A stretch of DNA of 55,782 bases from Actinomycetota bacterium. Its GTDB lineage: Bacteria > Actinomycetota > Acidimicrobiia > Spongiisociales > UBA5794. Below are positions 32,135 through 40,679 of this stretch, piece after piece; position 1 is the stretch's first letter; every line of letters begins with the position of its first letter. Location: positions 1 to 55,782 of the forward strand of contig JBDLHX010000003.1 of the NCBI GenBank assembly GCA_039715165.1, written 5' to 3'. The position numbers were made by a program, and so were the translations under genes. The notes under the pieces are model-generated. The model was not told where the DNA came from. It saw only the letters and a list, made by a program, of their open reading frames with translations, and made no database searches.

Positions 32135-33352
32135 ATGAGAAACGGAATCAACAAGGTGGTCCTTGCCTACAGCGGCGGTCTCGACACCTCGATCATCCTG
32201 CGGTGGATCATCGAGGAGTACGGGGCGGAGGTCATCGCGTATACGGCCGATGTAGGGCAGGGCGACGAGGTGGCCGAGGCGCATGAGAAGGCCCTCGCCA
32301 CGGGTGCGGTCGAGGCGATCACCGAAGACCTGACGGAGGAGTTCGTCCGGGACTTCGTGTACCCGGCCGTGAGGTCGAGCGCCCTCTACGAGGGCTACTA
32401 CCTCATGGGCACGTCGCTGGCCCGTCCGGTGATCTCGAAGGGCCTCGTCGAGGTCGCTGAGGAGTACGGTGCCGACGCGATCGCTCACGGGGCAACGGGG
32501 AAGGGGAACGACCAGGTCCGGTTCGAACTCTCAGCGTACGCGCTGAAGCCGGACATCAAGGTCGTCGCTCCCTGGCGGGAGTGGGACATGAAAGGCCGTG
32601 CCGACCTCGAGGCCTACGCGAAGCAGTTCGATATCCCGGTGCCGACCAGTCCGGAGAAGCCGTACTCGACGGACGCGAACCTGCTCCACATCTCCTACGA
32701 GGGTGGCGTGCTCGAGGACCCGTGGGCCGGGCCGCCTCCTGGGATGTTCCACATGACGGTCGATCCGGAGGACGCCCCGGACGAACCGGAGGTGATCACG
32801 GTCGGCTTCCGGGCGGGGAACCCGGTGACGGTGAACGGTGTCGAACTCGGACCCGTCGAACTGCTCACACTGCTCAACGAGATCGGCGGGCGCCACGGTG
32901 TCGGCCGCGTCGACATCGTCGAGAACCGGTTCGTCGGCATGAAGAGCCGCGGCGTGTATGAGACGCCGGGCGGAACGATCCTCTATCACGCGCACAGGGC
33001 TGTCGAGTCGCTCACCCTTGACCGCGAGGTCGCGCACCTCAGGGACGAACTGTCGGACAGGTACGCCGAGATGGTCTACAACGGCTTCTGGTACTCGCCG
33101 GAGCGTGAGGCGCTCCAGGCGTTCATGGACGACGTGCAAACCCGTGTGAACGGCGAGGCCCGACTGAAGCTGTACAAGGGCCAGGTCGTCATCGAGGGAC
33201 GACGGTCGGCAAGCCATGGTCTCTACGACGAGGCGACGGTGACGTTCGAAGCCGACGAGGTGTACAACCAGGCGGACGCCGACGGATTCATCCGGCTCCA
33301 GAGCCTCCGGCTCAGGACCTTCGCTGAGAAGCGCATGGGAGAAGGCGAGTGA
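32135..33352 (+). CDS. argG: Argininosuccinate synthase
   Basis: [35 protein letters not shown]. Confidence 0.98.
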   Translation: MRNGINKVVLAYSGGLDTSIILRWIIEEYGAEVIAYTADVGQGDEVAEAHEKALATGAVEAITEDLTEEFVRDFVYPAVRSSALYEGYYLMGTSLARPVISKGLVEVAEEYGADAIAHGATGKGNDQVRFELSAYALKPDIKVVAPWREWDMKGRADLEAYAKQFDIPVPTSPEKPYSTDANLLHISYEGGVLEDPWAGPPPGMFHMTVDPEDAPDEPEVITVGFRAGNPVTVNGVELGPVELLTLLNEIGGRHGVGRVDIVENRFVGMKSRGVYETPGGTILYHAHRAVESLTLDREVAHLRDELSDRYAEMVYNGFWYSPEREALQAFMDDVQTRVNGEARLKLYKGQVVIEGRRSASHGLYDEATVTFEADEVYNQADADGFIRLQSLRLRTFAEKRMGEGE

Positions 33353-33362
33353 ATCGCAAGCG

Positions 33363-33397
33363 AATACTCAGTACCCAGTACTCAGTACTCAGTACTG
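33363..33397. repeat. Heptamer tandem repeat (CAGTACT)n between argG and argH
   Basis: aatact cagtacc cagtact cagtact cagtact. Confidence 0.8.
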
Positions 33398-33410
33398 CCC
33401 GGAGGGCGTC

Positions 33411-34763
33411 GTGACCCTCTGGAGTGGTCGATTCGCATCGGGTCCGGACGCAACGCTCTGGCAGTTCACGACGGACGCTTCCGACCGGCGGCTGCTCGTC
33501 GACGACGTGACGGGCTCACTTGCTCATGTCGCAATGCTCGGAGAGGTCGGCCTTCTCTCGTCCGAGGCTGTTGCTCGCATCGAGGACGGTCTCGAGCGCA
33601 TCCTCGAGGAGGCCTACGGCGGTCGATTCGAGTTCCGTGAAACCGACGAGGATGTTCATTCGGCTGTGGAGCGCCGGCTCGGAGAGCTCATCGGTGATGA
33701 CGCAGGGCGGCTGCACACGGGACGATCCCGAAACGACCAGATCGCTCTCGACCTCCGGCTGTATCTCCGTCGTGCGGTCGACCATCGCGTCGAGCAACTC
33801 GAGCACCTCGCGTTGGTGCTCGTCGACAAGGCAGAGGCGGCCGGCGACGCCATCGTGGCGTCCTATACGCATCTCCAACAGGCTCAGGCCATCCCCTTCG
33901 CCCACTACCTGCTCGCATATGTGTGGATGCTGCTGCGCGACGCGGAGCGATTCGCCGAGGCCCGAAAGCGCATCGACGTTTCACCACTGGGCGCCGGGGC
34001 GTCGGCAGGGAGTGCCCTCCCACTCCGGCCGGATCTAGCGGCGGAGAGCCTTGGGTTCGACGCTGTGTTCGGGAACTCGCTCGACGCCGTGTCGTCGCGG
34101 GACTTCGCATCCGAGTACGTGTTCTGTGCCGCCCAGGCGATGACGCATCTCTCCCGGCTTTCGGAGGAGCTGATCTTGTGGTCGACGGAGGAGTTTGGCT
34201 GGGCCGAGTACGACGATGCCCACACGACGGGCTCGTCGGCGCTTCCGCACAAGAAGAACCCGGACATCGCGGAGCTGGCCCGGGGGAAGGCAGCAGCGGC
34301 GATCGGCGATCTGACGACCCTGCTCACGTTGCAGAAGGGTCTGCCCCTGTCGTACAACCGGGATCTCCAGGAGGACAAGCGCGCGGTGTTCCATGCCGAC
34401 GATGTGCTCACGAGGGCGCTCTCCGCGTTGACGGGGATGATCGAGACGGCCCGCTTCGATCCCCCGGCTCCTTCGTCGTGGGTCGTGGCGCTCGACATCG
34501 CCGAGGCACTCGTCGCTCGCGGTGTCCCGTTCCGCGAGGCGCACCACGCCGTCGGCGGGCTCGTGGCCCGGCTGAAGGCGGAGGCCCGCGACTTCACGTC
34601 GGTCACGGCGGGGGAGTTGGAGGCGACACACCCGCAGTTCAACGCGAAGGATCTTGATCTCCTCGATCCGAAGGGGTCGGTCGGGGTCAGGCGGTCCCCG
34701 AGGGGTGGTTCGTTCACGTCGGTGGCCGAGCAGATCACCGAGCTCCGAACCCGCCTCTCCTAA
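33411..34763 (+). CDS. argH: Argininosuccinate lyase
   Basis: LHTGRSRNDQ, YTHLQQAQ, GSSALPHKKNPD, YNRDLQEDK. Confidence 0.97.
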   Translation: MTLWSGRFASGPDATLWQFTTDASDRRLLVDDVTGSLAHVAMLGEVGLLSSEAVARIEDGLERILEEAYGGRFEFRETDEDVHSAVERRLGELIGDDAGRLHTGRSRNDQIALDLRLYLRRAVDHRVEQLEHLALVLVDKAEAAGDAIVASYTHLQQAQAIPFAHYLLAYVWMLLRDAERFAEARKRIDVSPLGAGASAGSALPLRPDLAAESLGFDAVFGNSLDAVSSRDFASEYVFCAAQAMTHLSRLSEELILWSTEEFGWAEYDDAHTTGSSALPHKKNPDIAELARGKAAAAIGDLTTLLTLQKGLPLSYNRDLQEDKRAVFHADDVLTRALSALTGMIETARFDPPAPSSWVVALDIAEALVARGVPFREAHHAVGGLVARLKAEARDFTSVTAGELEATHPQFNAKDLDLLDPKGSVGVRRSPRGGSFTSVAEQITELRTRLS

Positions 34764-34841
34764 CCCCCGTACGAACCCAGGGCTCGCAGCGGCCCATAGG
34801 TGTCTCTCCAGCCCACGGTGCGGCGTGGGGGAGAGGGCGGA

Positions 34842-35270
34842 CTACGCGAGAGGGTTGTGCCAGCGCAGGCCTGGGAATCGAGCGAAGTCGGTGTCGGCGG
34901 AGTGGAGCGTCGCTCTGTGTTCGATGGCGAGTGCAGCGAGATGGGCGTCGGGTGTGAGGTCTCCTCCGACACCCACGTGGGCAAGCAGGTCGCGAAGGAT
35001 CGCCGAGTGGCGGTGGGTCGGATGGACGACCGTCGCATTCGGTCGCGCGAGCCATTCGTCGACGTAGTCGAGCGCATCCCCGGTGGGCATCGGTTCGACG
35101 AAGATCCGGGGATTCGTCGAGACGCGGACGTACGCCGTGAGGGCCGACCACGAAAAGGCGACAGACTCAGCGTTGGAGAGGACGGTCTCGATCCAGGCAC
35201 GCGAGGCTTCGTGGCGAGGGCTGGCGAGATCGGTCGCGTAGATCAGGAGATTGGCATCTGGGATGATCAC
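34842..35270 (-). CDS. vapC: VapC PIN-domain toxin
   Basis: IPDANLLIYA, DAHLAALAIEH, SADTDFARF. Confidence 0.93.
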   Translation of the reverse strand: MIIPDANLLIYATDLASPRHEASRAWIETVLSNAESVAFSWSALTAYVRVSTNPRIFVEPMPTGDALDYVDEWLARPNATVVHPTHRHSAILRDLLAHVGVGGDLTPDAHLAALAIEHRATLHSADTDFARFPGLRWHNPLA

Positions 35271-35524
35271 AGGTCGTGCCCCATCTTCTCGAGGCGCTCC
35301 CGATCGTCGAGTTCGTCGAGGAAGTGGACGATTCGGTCACCGTCGATGCCCGGCTTCAAGCCGAGGGGACGCGGCTTGATGACGTACGGCCGTGCTTCGC
35401 CGCCGTTGCCCAATCCCTTGCGTAGGGTCGAGTTCACGGCTTCCTTGAACGTGATGTCGCGTTCCTTCATGAGTTGTCTCAGTTTCTCGGCCACATCGGG
35501 GTCGAGGGTCACTGTTGTCCGCAT
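35267..35524 (-). CDS. vapB: VapB-type RHH antitoxin
   Basis: MRTTVTLDPDV RHH N-terminus; ATGA overlap with vapC. Confidence 0.9.
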   Translation of the reverse strand: MRTTVTLDPDVAEKLRQLMKERDITFKEAVNSTLRKGLGNGGEARPYVIKPRPLGLKPGIDGDRIVHFLDELDDRERLEKMGHDL

Positions 35525-35528
35525 GTGG

Positions 35529-35563
35529 GCATCATAGCATCACCGGCAATGATGTCTTGATGC
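35529..35563 (-). promoter_or_regulatory. vapBC operator and leaderless promoter
   Basis: GCATCA x2 / TGATGY x2 inverted repeats overlap a TATGAT -10 located 6 nt before the ATG. Confidence 0.65.
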
Positions 35564-35564
35564 T

Positions 35565-35714
35565 TCATGCAGCCTTCTGGACGCTCAACGGGGAGCAGAT
35601 CTCGCACGCCGGGTCGGGGCAGTAGCCCACGACCCTTGCTGCGATTCCGGCATCGTCGAAGAGTTCCTCGAGCTCCGTGTTCGTCATGGCGATGGTGGGG
35701 TTCATCTCGTTCAT
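35565..35714 (-). CDS. Unannotated 49-aa Cys-rich microprotein
   Basis: MNEMNPTIAMTNTELEELFDDAGIAARVVGYCPDPACEICSPLSVQKAA; GC3-rich codons; promoter motif directly upstream. Confidence 0.7.
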   Translation of the reverse strand: MNEMNPTIAMTNTELEELFDDAGIAARVVGYCPDPACEICSPLSVQKAA

Positions 35715-35720
35715 GGGGAC

Positions 35721-35742
35721 AACGTATCAACGGGGTGTGACA
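35721..35742 (-). promoter_or_regulatory. PafBC/RecA-NDp-like promoter
   Basis: TGTC-N12-TACGTT, 6 nt before the ATG. Confidence 0.55.
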
Positions 35743-35807
35743 GAAACAGAGGGGGCTCCGCGGAGCAGGGTGGATTTCGGTCGTTCGCGATGTCGTAGCA
35801 TCGTGCC

Positions 35808-36149
35808 ATGGAACTCAAGCGATACGCAGACGCCGCTCCGTTCGAGTTCGGGGTCTTCACGGTGCGGGAACTCTCCCCCGAGGCATTCTCCATCGGGTCC
35901 GTCGGCGAGATCATCGTCCCGATCGGTGCAGAGCGTGACTCCAGGGTGTCCGAGAAGACACACCGCATGTATGTGGTTGTGACCGGTGATCTCGAGTTCA
36001 GGGTCGCGGGCGAGATATTCCGTGTGGGACCCGGCGACACGATCCACATCTCGGCCGGTGAGGAGTACGGCTTCCACAACGGGGGCTACGAGGAGGGGAA
36101 GCTCCTCCTCATCCGCGTCCCCGGACCGGTCCGCCCCGAGAGGTACTAA
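35808..36149 (+). CDS. Cupin domain protein
   Basis: YVVVTGDLEFRV.GE....GPGD.IHI.AG; metal-binding His residues mostly absent. Confidence 0.8.
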   Translation: MELKRYADAAPFEFGVFTVRELSPEAFSIGSVGEIIVPIGAERDSRVSEKTHRMYVVVTGDLEFRVAGEIFRVGPGDTIHISAGEEYGFHNGGYEEGKLLLIRVPGPVRPERY

Positions 36150-36221
36150 GTCCTGCGGACTGTGAGCCACAGGGGCTCATAGTCGCGCCCGTGGGCTCAC
36201 GGTTCGTCGAGGTCAGGAGCA

Positions 36222-36611
36222 GTGATGACCCGTCGATATGCACGATCCGGATCGCCCTACGAGGAGATCGTTGGGTTCTCCCGCGGTGTCCGCGTCGGCA
36301 ATCGGGTCGAGATCGCCGGAACTGCTCCGATCCCTCCGGACGGTGAGTCGGTAGCGCCGACGGCATACGAACAGATGTTGCGCTGCGGCGAGATCGCCAT
36401 GGCCGCACTCGAGGATCTCGGGGCAACCGCGAGCGACGTCGTGCGCATCCGCATGTTCATCACCGATCCGGCCGACGCCGACGAGATCGGGCGTGCTCAC
36501 CGCGAGGTCTTCGGCGAAGCGATGCCCGCCGCAACGATGGTCGTGGTCGCCGCCCTCCTCGAACCGGAGTGGAAGGTCGAGATCGAGGTCGAAGGGGTCG
36601 TTGAGTCCTGA
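36222..36611 (+). CDS. RidA/YjgF family protein
   Basis: GFSRGVRVG, PAATMV, KVEIEVEG. Confidence 0.9.
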   Translation: MMTRRYARSGSPYEEIVGFSRGVRVGNRVEIAGTAPIPPDGESVAPTAYEQMLRCGEIAMAALEDLGATASDVVRIRMFITDPADADEIGRAHREVFGEAMPAATMVVVAALLEPEWKVEIEVEGVVES

Positions 36612-36631
36612 TCCATCCCTGTTCCAGCTCG

Positions 36632-36672
36632 GGCGTCCAGACAGCTCACATATGGGCTCTGTGGACGCCAGA
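36632..36672. terminator. Palindromic hairpin between convergent genes
   Basis: ggcgtcca...atatg...tggacgcc; related to 43656-43702. Confidence 0.55.
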
Positions 36673-36677
36673 CGCCT

Positions 36678-37094
36678 TCAGGGGGCGGTGAAGACCTCGA
36701 AGCCCTCGTCCTTCCAGCCCTCGAGTCCGCCGATCATCTTCTTGAACGGCCTGCCGAGCTTCGCAAGGCGGATCGCCGCCTTCTCCGTTGCGTTGCAGTG
36801 CGGTCCGGCGCAGTAGATCACGAACAGCGTGTCCTCCGGATACTCGGCGAGGTTGCGCTCCACCATCCGCCCGTACGGCAGATTGACGGCGCCGGAGATG
36901 TGCTCCTTCTCGAACACCGCAGGCCCCCGCACGTCGATGAGGACGAAGTCATGTGGCCCGTTCGTCATCGCATCGTGGACGTCCCAGCAGTCCGCTTCGA
37001 ACCGCAAGAGGGCAGAGAAGTGGGCGAGCGCCTCCTCCGGGCTGGCAGCGGGGATCTCGGTCACGGCGGATCCGCGGTGTCTCAGATTGGTCAT
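36678..37094 (-). CDS. Rhodanese-like domain protein
   Basis: LIDVR, HISGAVNLP, YCAGPHCN, GGLEGW. Confidence 0.92.
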   Translation of the reverse strand: MTNLRHRGSAVTEIPAASPEEALAHFSALLRFEADCWDVHDAMTNGPHDFVLIDVRGPAVFEKEHISGAVNLPYGRMVERNLAEYPEDTLFVIYCAGPHCNATEKAAIRLAKLGRPFKKMIGGLEGWKDEGFEVFTAP

Positions 37095-37111
37095 CGGTCT
37101 TCTCCTGGTCG

Positions 37112-37786
37112 TCAGGCGGCGGCGAGAGGAACGACGTAGCGCCAGATCACGAGGAAGTGGAGCGTCGTCGCCGACACCGTCATCACATGGAAGACCTCAT
37201 GGGACGAGAACACCCTCGGCCACAGGCGGGGACGGTTCGTCACCATGAAGACCATGCCGATCGTGTAGAGCAGGCCACCGGCGAGAACGAAACCAACGGG
37301 GAGCCAGCCCAGCCGCTGGATCATCGGCCAGAAGAAGAAGGCGCCGATCCATCCCAGGATCGTCGACATCATCACCGAGATCCAGCCGGGGACCTTCGGA
37401 AACAGTGCCTTCTGAGTGACGCCGCCGATCGTGATCGCCCACACCGCGCCGAGCACGATCCAGCGCCACGGGTTGTCGAGGACGATCGCAGCAACCGGGG
37501 TGTACGTGCCGGCGATGAGGACGTAGATCATCGAGTGGTCCATGCGCTGCATGCGCTTCTTCCACCGATCCCGCCACGGGACGGAGTGATAGAGCGAGCT
37601 TGTCGTGTAGAGCGCCATGACGGCGAGGCCGAACACGAGCACGGCGAGACGCCTCGGCCATGTCTGGGCATGGAAGAGGAGGAAGATGGTTCCGATGAGC
37701 CCGGCGACGGCTGCAGATCCGTGAAGAAAGCCCCGAACCGGGTTCTGCATCTTCCCCAGCGTCCAGCGCGGGATGGGGAGATTCAC
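37112..37786 (-). CDS. Hemolysin III/PAQR (TrhA-like) membrane protein
   Basis: RGFLHG, SSLYH, RMDHSMIYVLIAGTYTP, HEVFH; the ORF track's 5' extension is spurious. Confidence 0.9.
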   Translation of the reverse strand: MNLPIPRWTLGKMQNPVRGFLHGSAAVAGLIGTIFLLFHAQTWPRRLAVLVFGLAVMALYTTSSLYHSVPWRDRWKKRMQRMDHSMIYVLIAGTYTPVAAIVLDNPWRWIVLGAVWAITIGGVTQKALFPKVPGWISVMMSTILGWIGAFFFWPMIQRLGWLPVGFVLAGGLLYTIGMVFMVTNRPRLWPRVFSSHEVFHVMTVSATTLHFLVIWRYVVPLAAA

Positions 37787-37826
37787 GTTGAGCAGATTAC
37801 CGAGCGAATGCAGGAACTCAAGCGCA

Positions 37827-37887
37827 GTCCCCTCGGCTGAAGGACGGGGGGACGCGGGGTCGCTCTGCGATCCCGCAGGGGGGACGG
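37827..37887. repeat. Solo REP-like double hairpin
   Basis: ggggggacgcg-hairpin-cgcaggggggacggt, matching the first REP unit in copies A and B. Confidence 0.75.
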
Positions 37888-37911
37888 TGAAGACGTCGGC
37901 GACGCGAGAGG

Positions 37912-38304
37912 TCAGCCTCTGCGTGTGCGCCTCACGCCCGCTGCCGTGAGGATGGCTGCCGGTACACCGGCCTCTCGCCACGCCGGCCACGTGATGCCCT
38001 TGCGCTCCGAGTACGAAGCGGCACACTCGACGAAGCCGGCCTCGAGCGCCGACATGTCGATCGTCGCGGTCATCTGGTCGAGCGCCTCCTGGGCGTCGAG
38101 CCGAGCCTGGATGAGATCCACCCTCGCCAGCGGATCGTTCTCCATCCGCACCTTCTCGTCGAGTCCGGCGATCTTCAGCTCGAGCGACTCCGGTGTCACC
38201 GGGCGGCCGCGCCGCTTGGGAACGACGACCGCCTCGAGGTACGCCTTGATCGCCTTGGACTCCCGGCGGCCCTGCGCGAGCGCCGCTTTGTGCTCTTCGG
38301 ACAT
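37912..38304 (-). CDS. Hypothetical protein with AT-hook-like KRRGRP motif
   Basis: Coherent helical 130-aa ORF with upstream GAGGAG. Confidence 0.75.
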   Translation of the reverse strand: MSEEHKAALAQGRRESKAIKAYLEAVVVPKRRGRPVTPESLELKIAGLDEKVRMENDPLARVDLIQARLDAQEALDQMTATIDMSALEAGFVECAASYSERKGITWPAWREAGVPAAILTAAGVRRTRRG

Positions 38305-38413
38305 TGCCACGAGTGGTGGCTCCTCTCTTCCAGGTCGATGCCCCAACGCGTCCATGTAACCATGCCCGAGCCGCACGTGCAGAACGGATATGTGCATTTA
38401 CCATGGTCCCTAC

Positions 38414-39190
38414 ATGGCGTTGCGCGACACCCTCACCCGTCCGCTCTACCGCTCCTACGAGAAGCGGCTGCTTGCGACACTCGATCGGGATGAACTACCG
38501 CGCCACATCGGCGTGATCCACGACGGCCACCGTCGTTACGCCCGCAGCGAAGGACTCCCCGACTACCAGGCCTCCTATCGCGTCGGGATGAAGAAGGTCG
38601 TTGAGTTCCTGCACTGGACCAACGATCTGGGGATTCCCGCCGTCACCTGCTGGCTCCTGTCGAAGGAGAACCTCGAACGGCCGACCGAGGAGCTGCTGCC
38701 GTACTACGAGGTCCTCAAAGAGCTCTTCGAGGAGATCCCAACCGCCCTCGACGGTAGCGACGTCGGAGTTCGGTTCATCGGGAGCCTTGATCTCCTCCCG
38801 CCGGATCTCCAAGAAGCGGCGAAGCGACTCGAGGAACGAATGCCGAATGGAGGGCCACGGGTGACGATCGCCCTCGCCTACGGGGGCAGACAGGAGATCG
38901 TCGATGCGGTGAAGGATCTCGTCGCGAAGCTATCGACCGACGGACTGGACGATCTCGCCGAACGCATCGACGCGGACGGGATCGCCGCAAACCTCTACAC
39001 GGCAGATCTCCCGGATCCGGACCTCGTCCTTCGAACGAGCGGTGAGGCTCGCCTCTCCGGCTTCCTGCTCTGGCAGTCGGCCTACGCGGAGTACGCATTC
39101 GTCGACGTCTACTGGCCGGCATTCCGACATGTCGACTTCCTCCGTGCCCTGCGCGACTTCACGAGAAGAACCCGCCGCTACGGGAAGTAG
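38414..39190 (+). CDS. uppS: cis-isoprenyl diphosphate synthase (UPP synthase family)
   Basis: PRHIGVIHDGHRR, YGGRQEI, DLVLRTSGEARLSGFLLWQ. Confidence 0.92.
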   Translation: MALRDTLTRPLYRSYEKRLLATLDRDELPRHIGVIHDGHRRYARSEGLPDYQASYRVGMKKVVEFLHWTNDLGIPAVTCWLLSKENLERPTEELLPYYEVLKELFEEIPTALDGSDVGVRFIGSLDLLPPDLQEAAKRLEERMPNGGPRVTIALAYGGRQEIVDAVKDLVAKLSTDGLDDLAERIDADGIAANLYTADLPDPDLVLRTSGEARLSGFLLWQSAYAEYAFVDVYWPAFRHVDFLRALRDFTRRTRRYGK

Positions 39191-39202
39191 CCCGCCGCAC
39201 AC

Positions 39203-39886
39203 CTACCTCGTTCGAAGCCCCTCAGGGAGGTGTTCCCTGTCGTTGAATGCGCGCAGCGACCAGACGTGTTCCCCTCCAAGAGGGATCATCCGGAGCCGGG
39301 CGAACGAGGCGTGATAGAGGATGAACCGCTCCCACTCCCAGGGGGTGGGCGCTGTTCCGAGGAGGAATCCGATTGCGACGGCATTTGTACCTCCGTGAGC
39401 GACAAGAGCGATCCGCTGATCGGGGTTGTCGACCAACCAGAGATGCTCACGGTCGGGGTCCGGCCGCACACCGCGTTGTGCGAGCACATCGAGGAGCGCC
39501 GACGTGACGCGATCGTGGAAGTCGCGGAACGACTCGCCGCCGGGGAGCCCATCCCACCACTCCTCCGGCGGGCGATGCTGGGCGTCTCGGAAGATCTGCT
39601 TGACCGTCTCTTCCAGCTTGCCCGTCCAGTCGGGCATCTTGATCTCCACGATGTCGTCGACGGTGTCGATCGGCAGGCTGCAATTGCGAGCGATGGGCTC
39701 AGCGGTTTGCTGCGATCGCCGTGCCGGGGATACGACGAGTTCCGTCAGGCGATGGTCGCCTTCGAAGATCCGCCTAGCGGCGAGTTCGGCCTGTTCGCGG
39801 CCGAGTTGGGTGAGGTCCGGATCGGGTTGCGTCAGCCCGTCGACGCTCCAGGCCGGTTGGCCGTGTCTGACGAAGATGAGTTCCAT
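39203..39886 (-). CDS. Histidine phosphatase family protein
   Basis: FVRHGQ, SPARRS..T, GESF, VAHGG. Confidence 0.9.
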   Translation of the reverse strand: MELIFVRHGQPAWSVDGLTQPDPDLTQLGREQAELAARRIFEGDHRLTELVVSPARRSQQTAEPIARNCSLPIDTVDDIVEIKMPDWTGKLEETVKQIFRDAQHRPPEEWWDGLPGGESFRDFHDRVTSALLDVLAQRGVRPDPDREHLWLVDNPDQRIALVAHGGTNAVAIGFLLGTAPTPWEWERFILYHASFARLRMIPLGGEHVWSLRAFNDREHLPEGLRTR

Positions 39887-39984
39887 GACATCGAGAGTAG
39901 AGCGCTGCCGAGGCGGTTCGCTCGAAGTCCGAGACGGTTCTGAGGGGCTGTGCCTCGGCGCCGAAGCGTGTCAGGGTGAGGCAG

Positions 39985-40070
39985 ACTTACTCCGGACGAA
40001 CCGAGGGCCGCCTTGCGGCGGCCTCGGCTCGGGCTTAGACGGGAGGTAGGAAGGCATCCTGTCTGAGTAA
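39985..40070 (-). ncRNA. Candidate small RNA with C-rich anti-SD loop
   Basis: Follows the promoter motif at 40072-40099; loop CCUUCCUACCUCCC; 14-bp GCAA-capped hairpin; ends pair via UUACUC/GAGUAA. Confidence 0.45.
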
Positions 40071-40071
40071 C

Positions 40072-40099
40072 GTATCGGCAGGCCGAGAGCATTCCTTGA
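40072..40099 (-). promoter_or_regulatory. Putative sigma28/WhiG-type promoter
   Basis: TCAAG-N15-GCCGATAC on the minus strand. Confidence 0.6.
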
Positions 40100-40118
40100 G
40101 CGACTATCTGAGATTTCT

Positions 40119-40679
40119 TTGACCCCCGAATCCACAGCGAAACAACGCCTCGTCGACCACCTGAGCGAGCGTGCCGTCCGCACCGACGGGCCGTTCACGC
40201 TGCGCTCGGGAGCCGTCTCCGACTGGTACATCGACGCCCGCCAGACGACGTTCGATGGCTCCGGAGCAATCGCGGTTGGTGAGGCCGTACTCGACGTGCT
40301 CGACCCAAGCATCACAGCGGTGGGCGGATTGACGATGGGAGCCGACCCGATTGCGATCGCAACGGCGATCGCCGCCGCACGAGCGGGGCGTTCGCTGCGT
40401 GCCTTCTCCGTCCGCAAGGAGGAGAAGGACCATGGAGTGGGTGGACGGCTCGTCGGGCCGGTCGGCTCGAACGACACGGTTGCCGTGCTCGAAGACACGA
40501 CGACGACCGGTTCTGCGATGTTCGAGGCGATTGATGCGCTGGCCGATGCGGGCATAGCCGTCGCCCAGGTAGTGGTGCTCGTCGACCGCAGCGGCGATCT
40601 AGCTTCAGCGAAGGTCGCAGAACGCGGAATCGAGTACGTTTCGCTCGTCACACCGAAGGATCTGGGGGTGGAGGAATGA
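40119..40679 (+). CDS. pyrE: Orotate phosphoribosyltransferase
   Basis: FTLRSG..SDWYIDAR, GGLTMGADP, VRKEEKDHG, VLEDTTTTGS. Confidence 0.95.
   Translation: MTPESTAKQRLVDHLSERAVRTDGPFTLRSGAVSDWYIDARQTTFDGSGAIAVGEAVLDVLDPSITAVGGLTMGADPIAIATAIAAARAGRSLRAFSVRKEEKDHGVGGRLVGPVGSNDTVAVLEDTTTTGSAMFEAIDALADAGIAVAQVVVLVDRSGDLASAKVAERGIEYVSLVTPKDLGVEE

Noticed and set aside
37787-38404. N-terminal extension giving a 430-aa hemolysin III fusion
   Set aside because: It overlaps a better ORF in another frame and runs through a REP element; the extension is Arg/Gly-rich noise.
39918-39946. PyrR-binding-loop resemblance (AGUCCGAGA..CUGAG) upstream of pyrE
   Set aside because: Only a partial match to the ARUCCNGNGAGGYU consensus, and no clear terminator/antiterminator pair.
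39971-40057. 28-aa minus-strand ORF MPSYLPSKPEPRPPQGGPRFVRSKSASP inside the candidate sRNA
   Set aside because: No properly spaced RBS, and its composition follows from the hairpin. It cannot be fully excluded without Ribo-seq.
40030-40068. SRP (4.5S) RNA, suggested by a GGAAGG loop
   Set aside because: Lacks the conserved CAGG...GGAA...AGCAG domain IV pattern.
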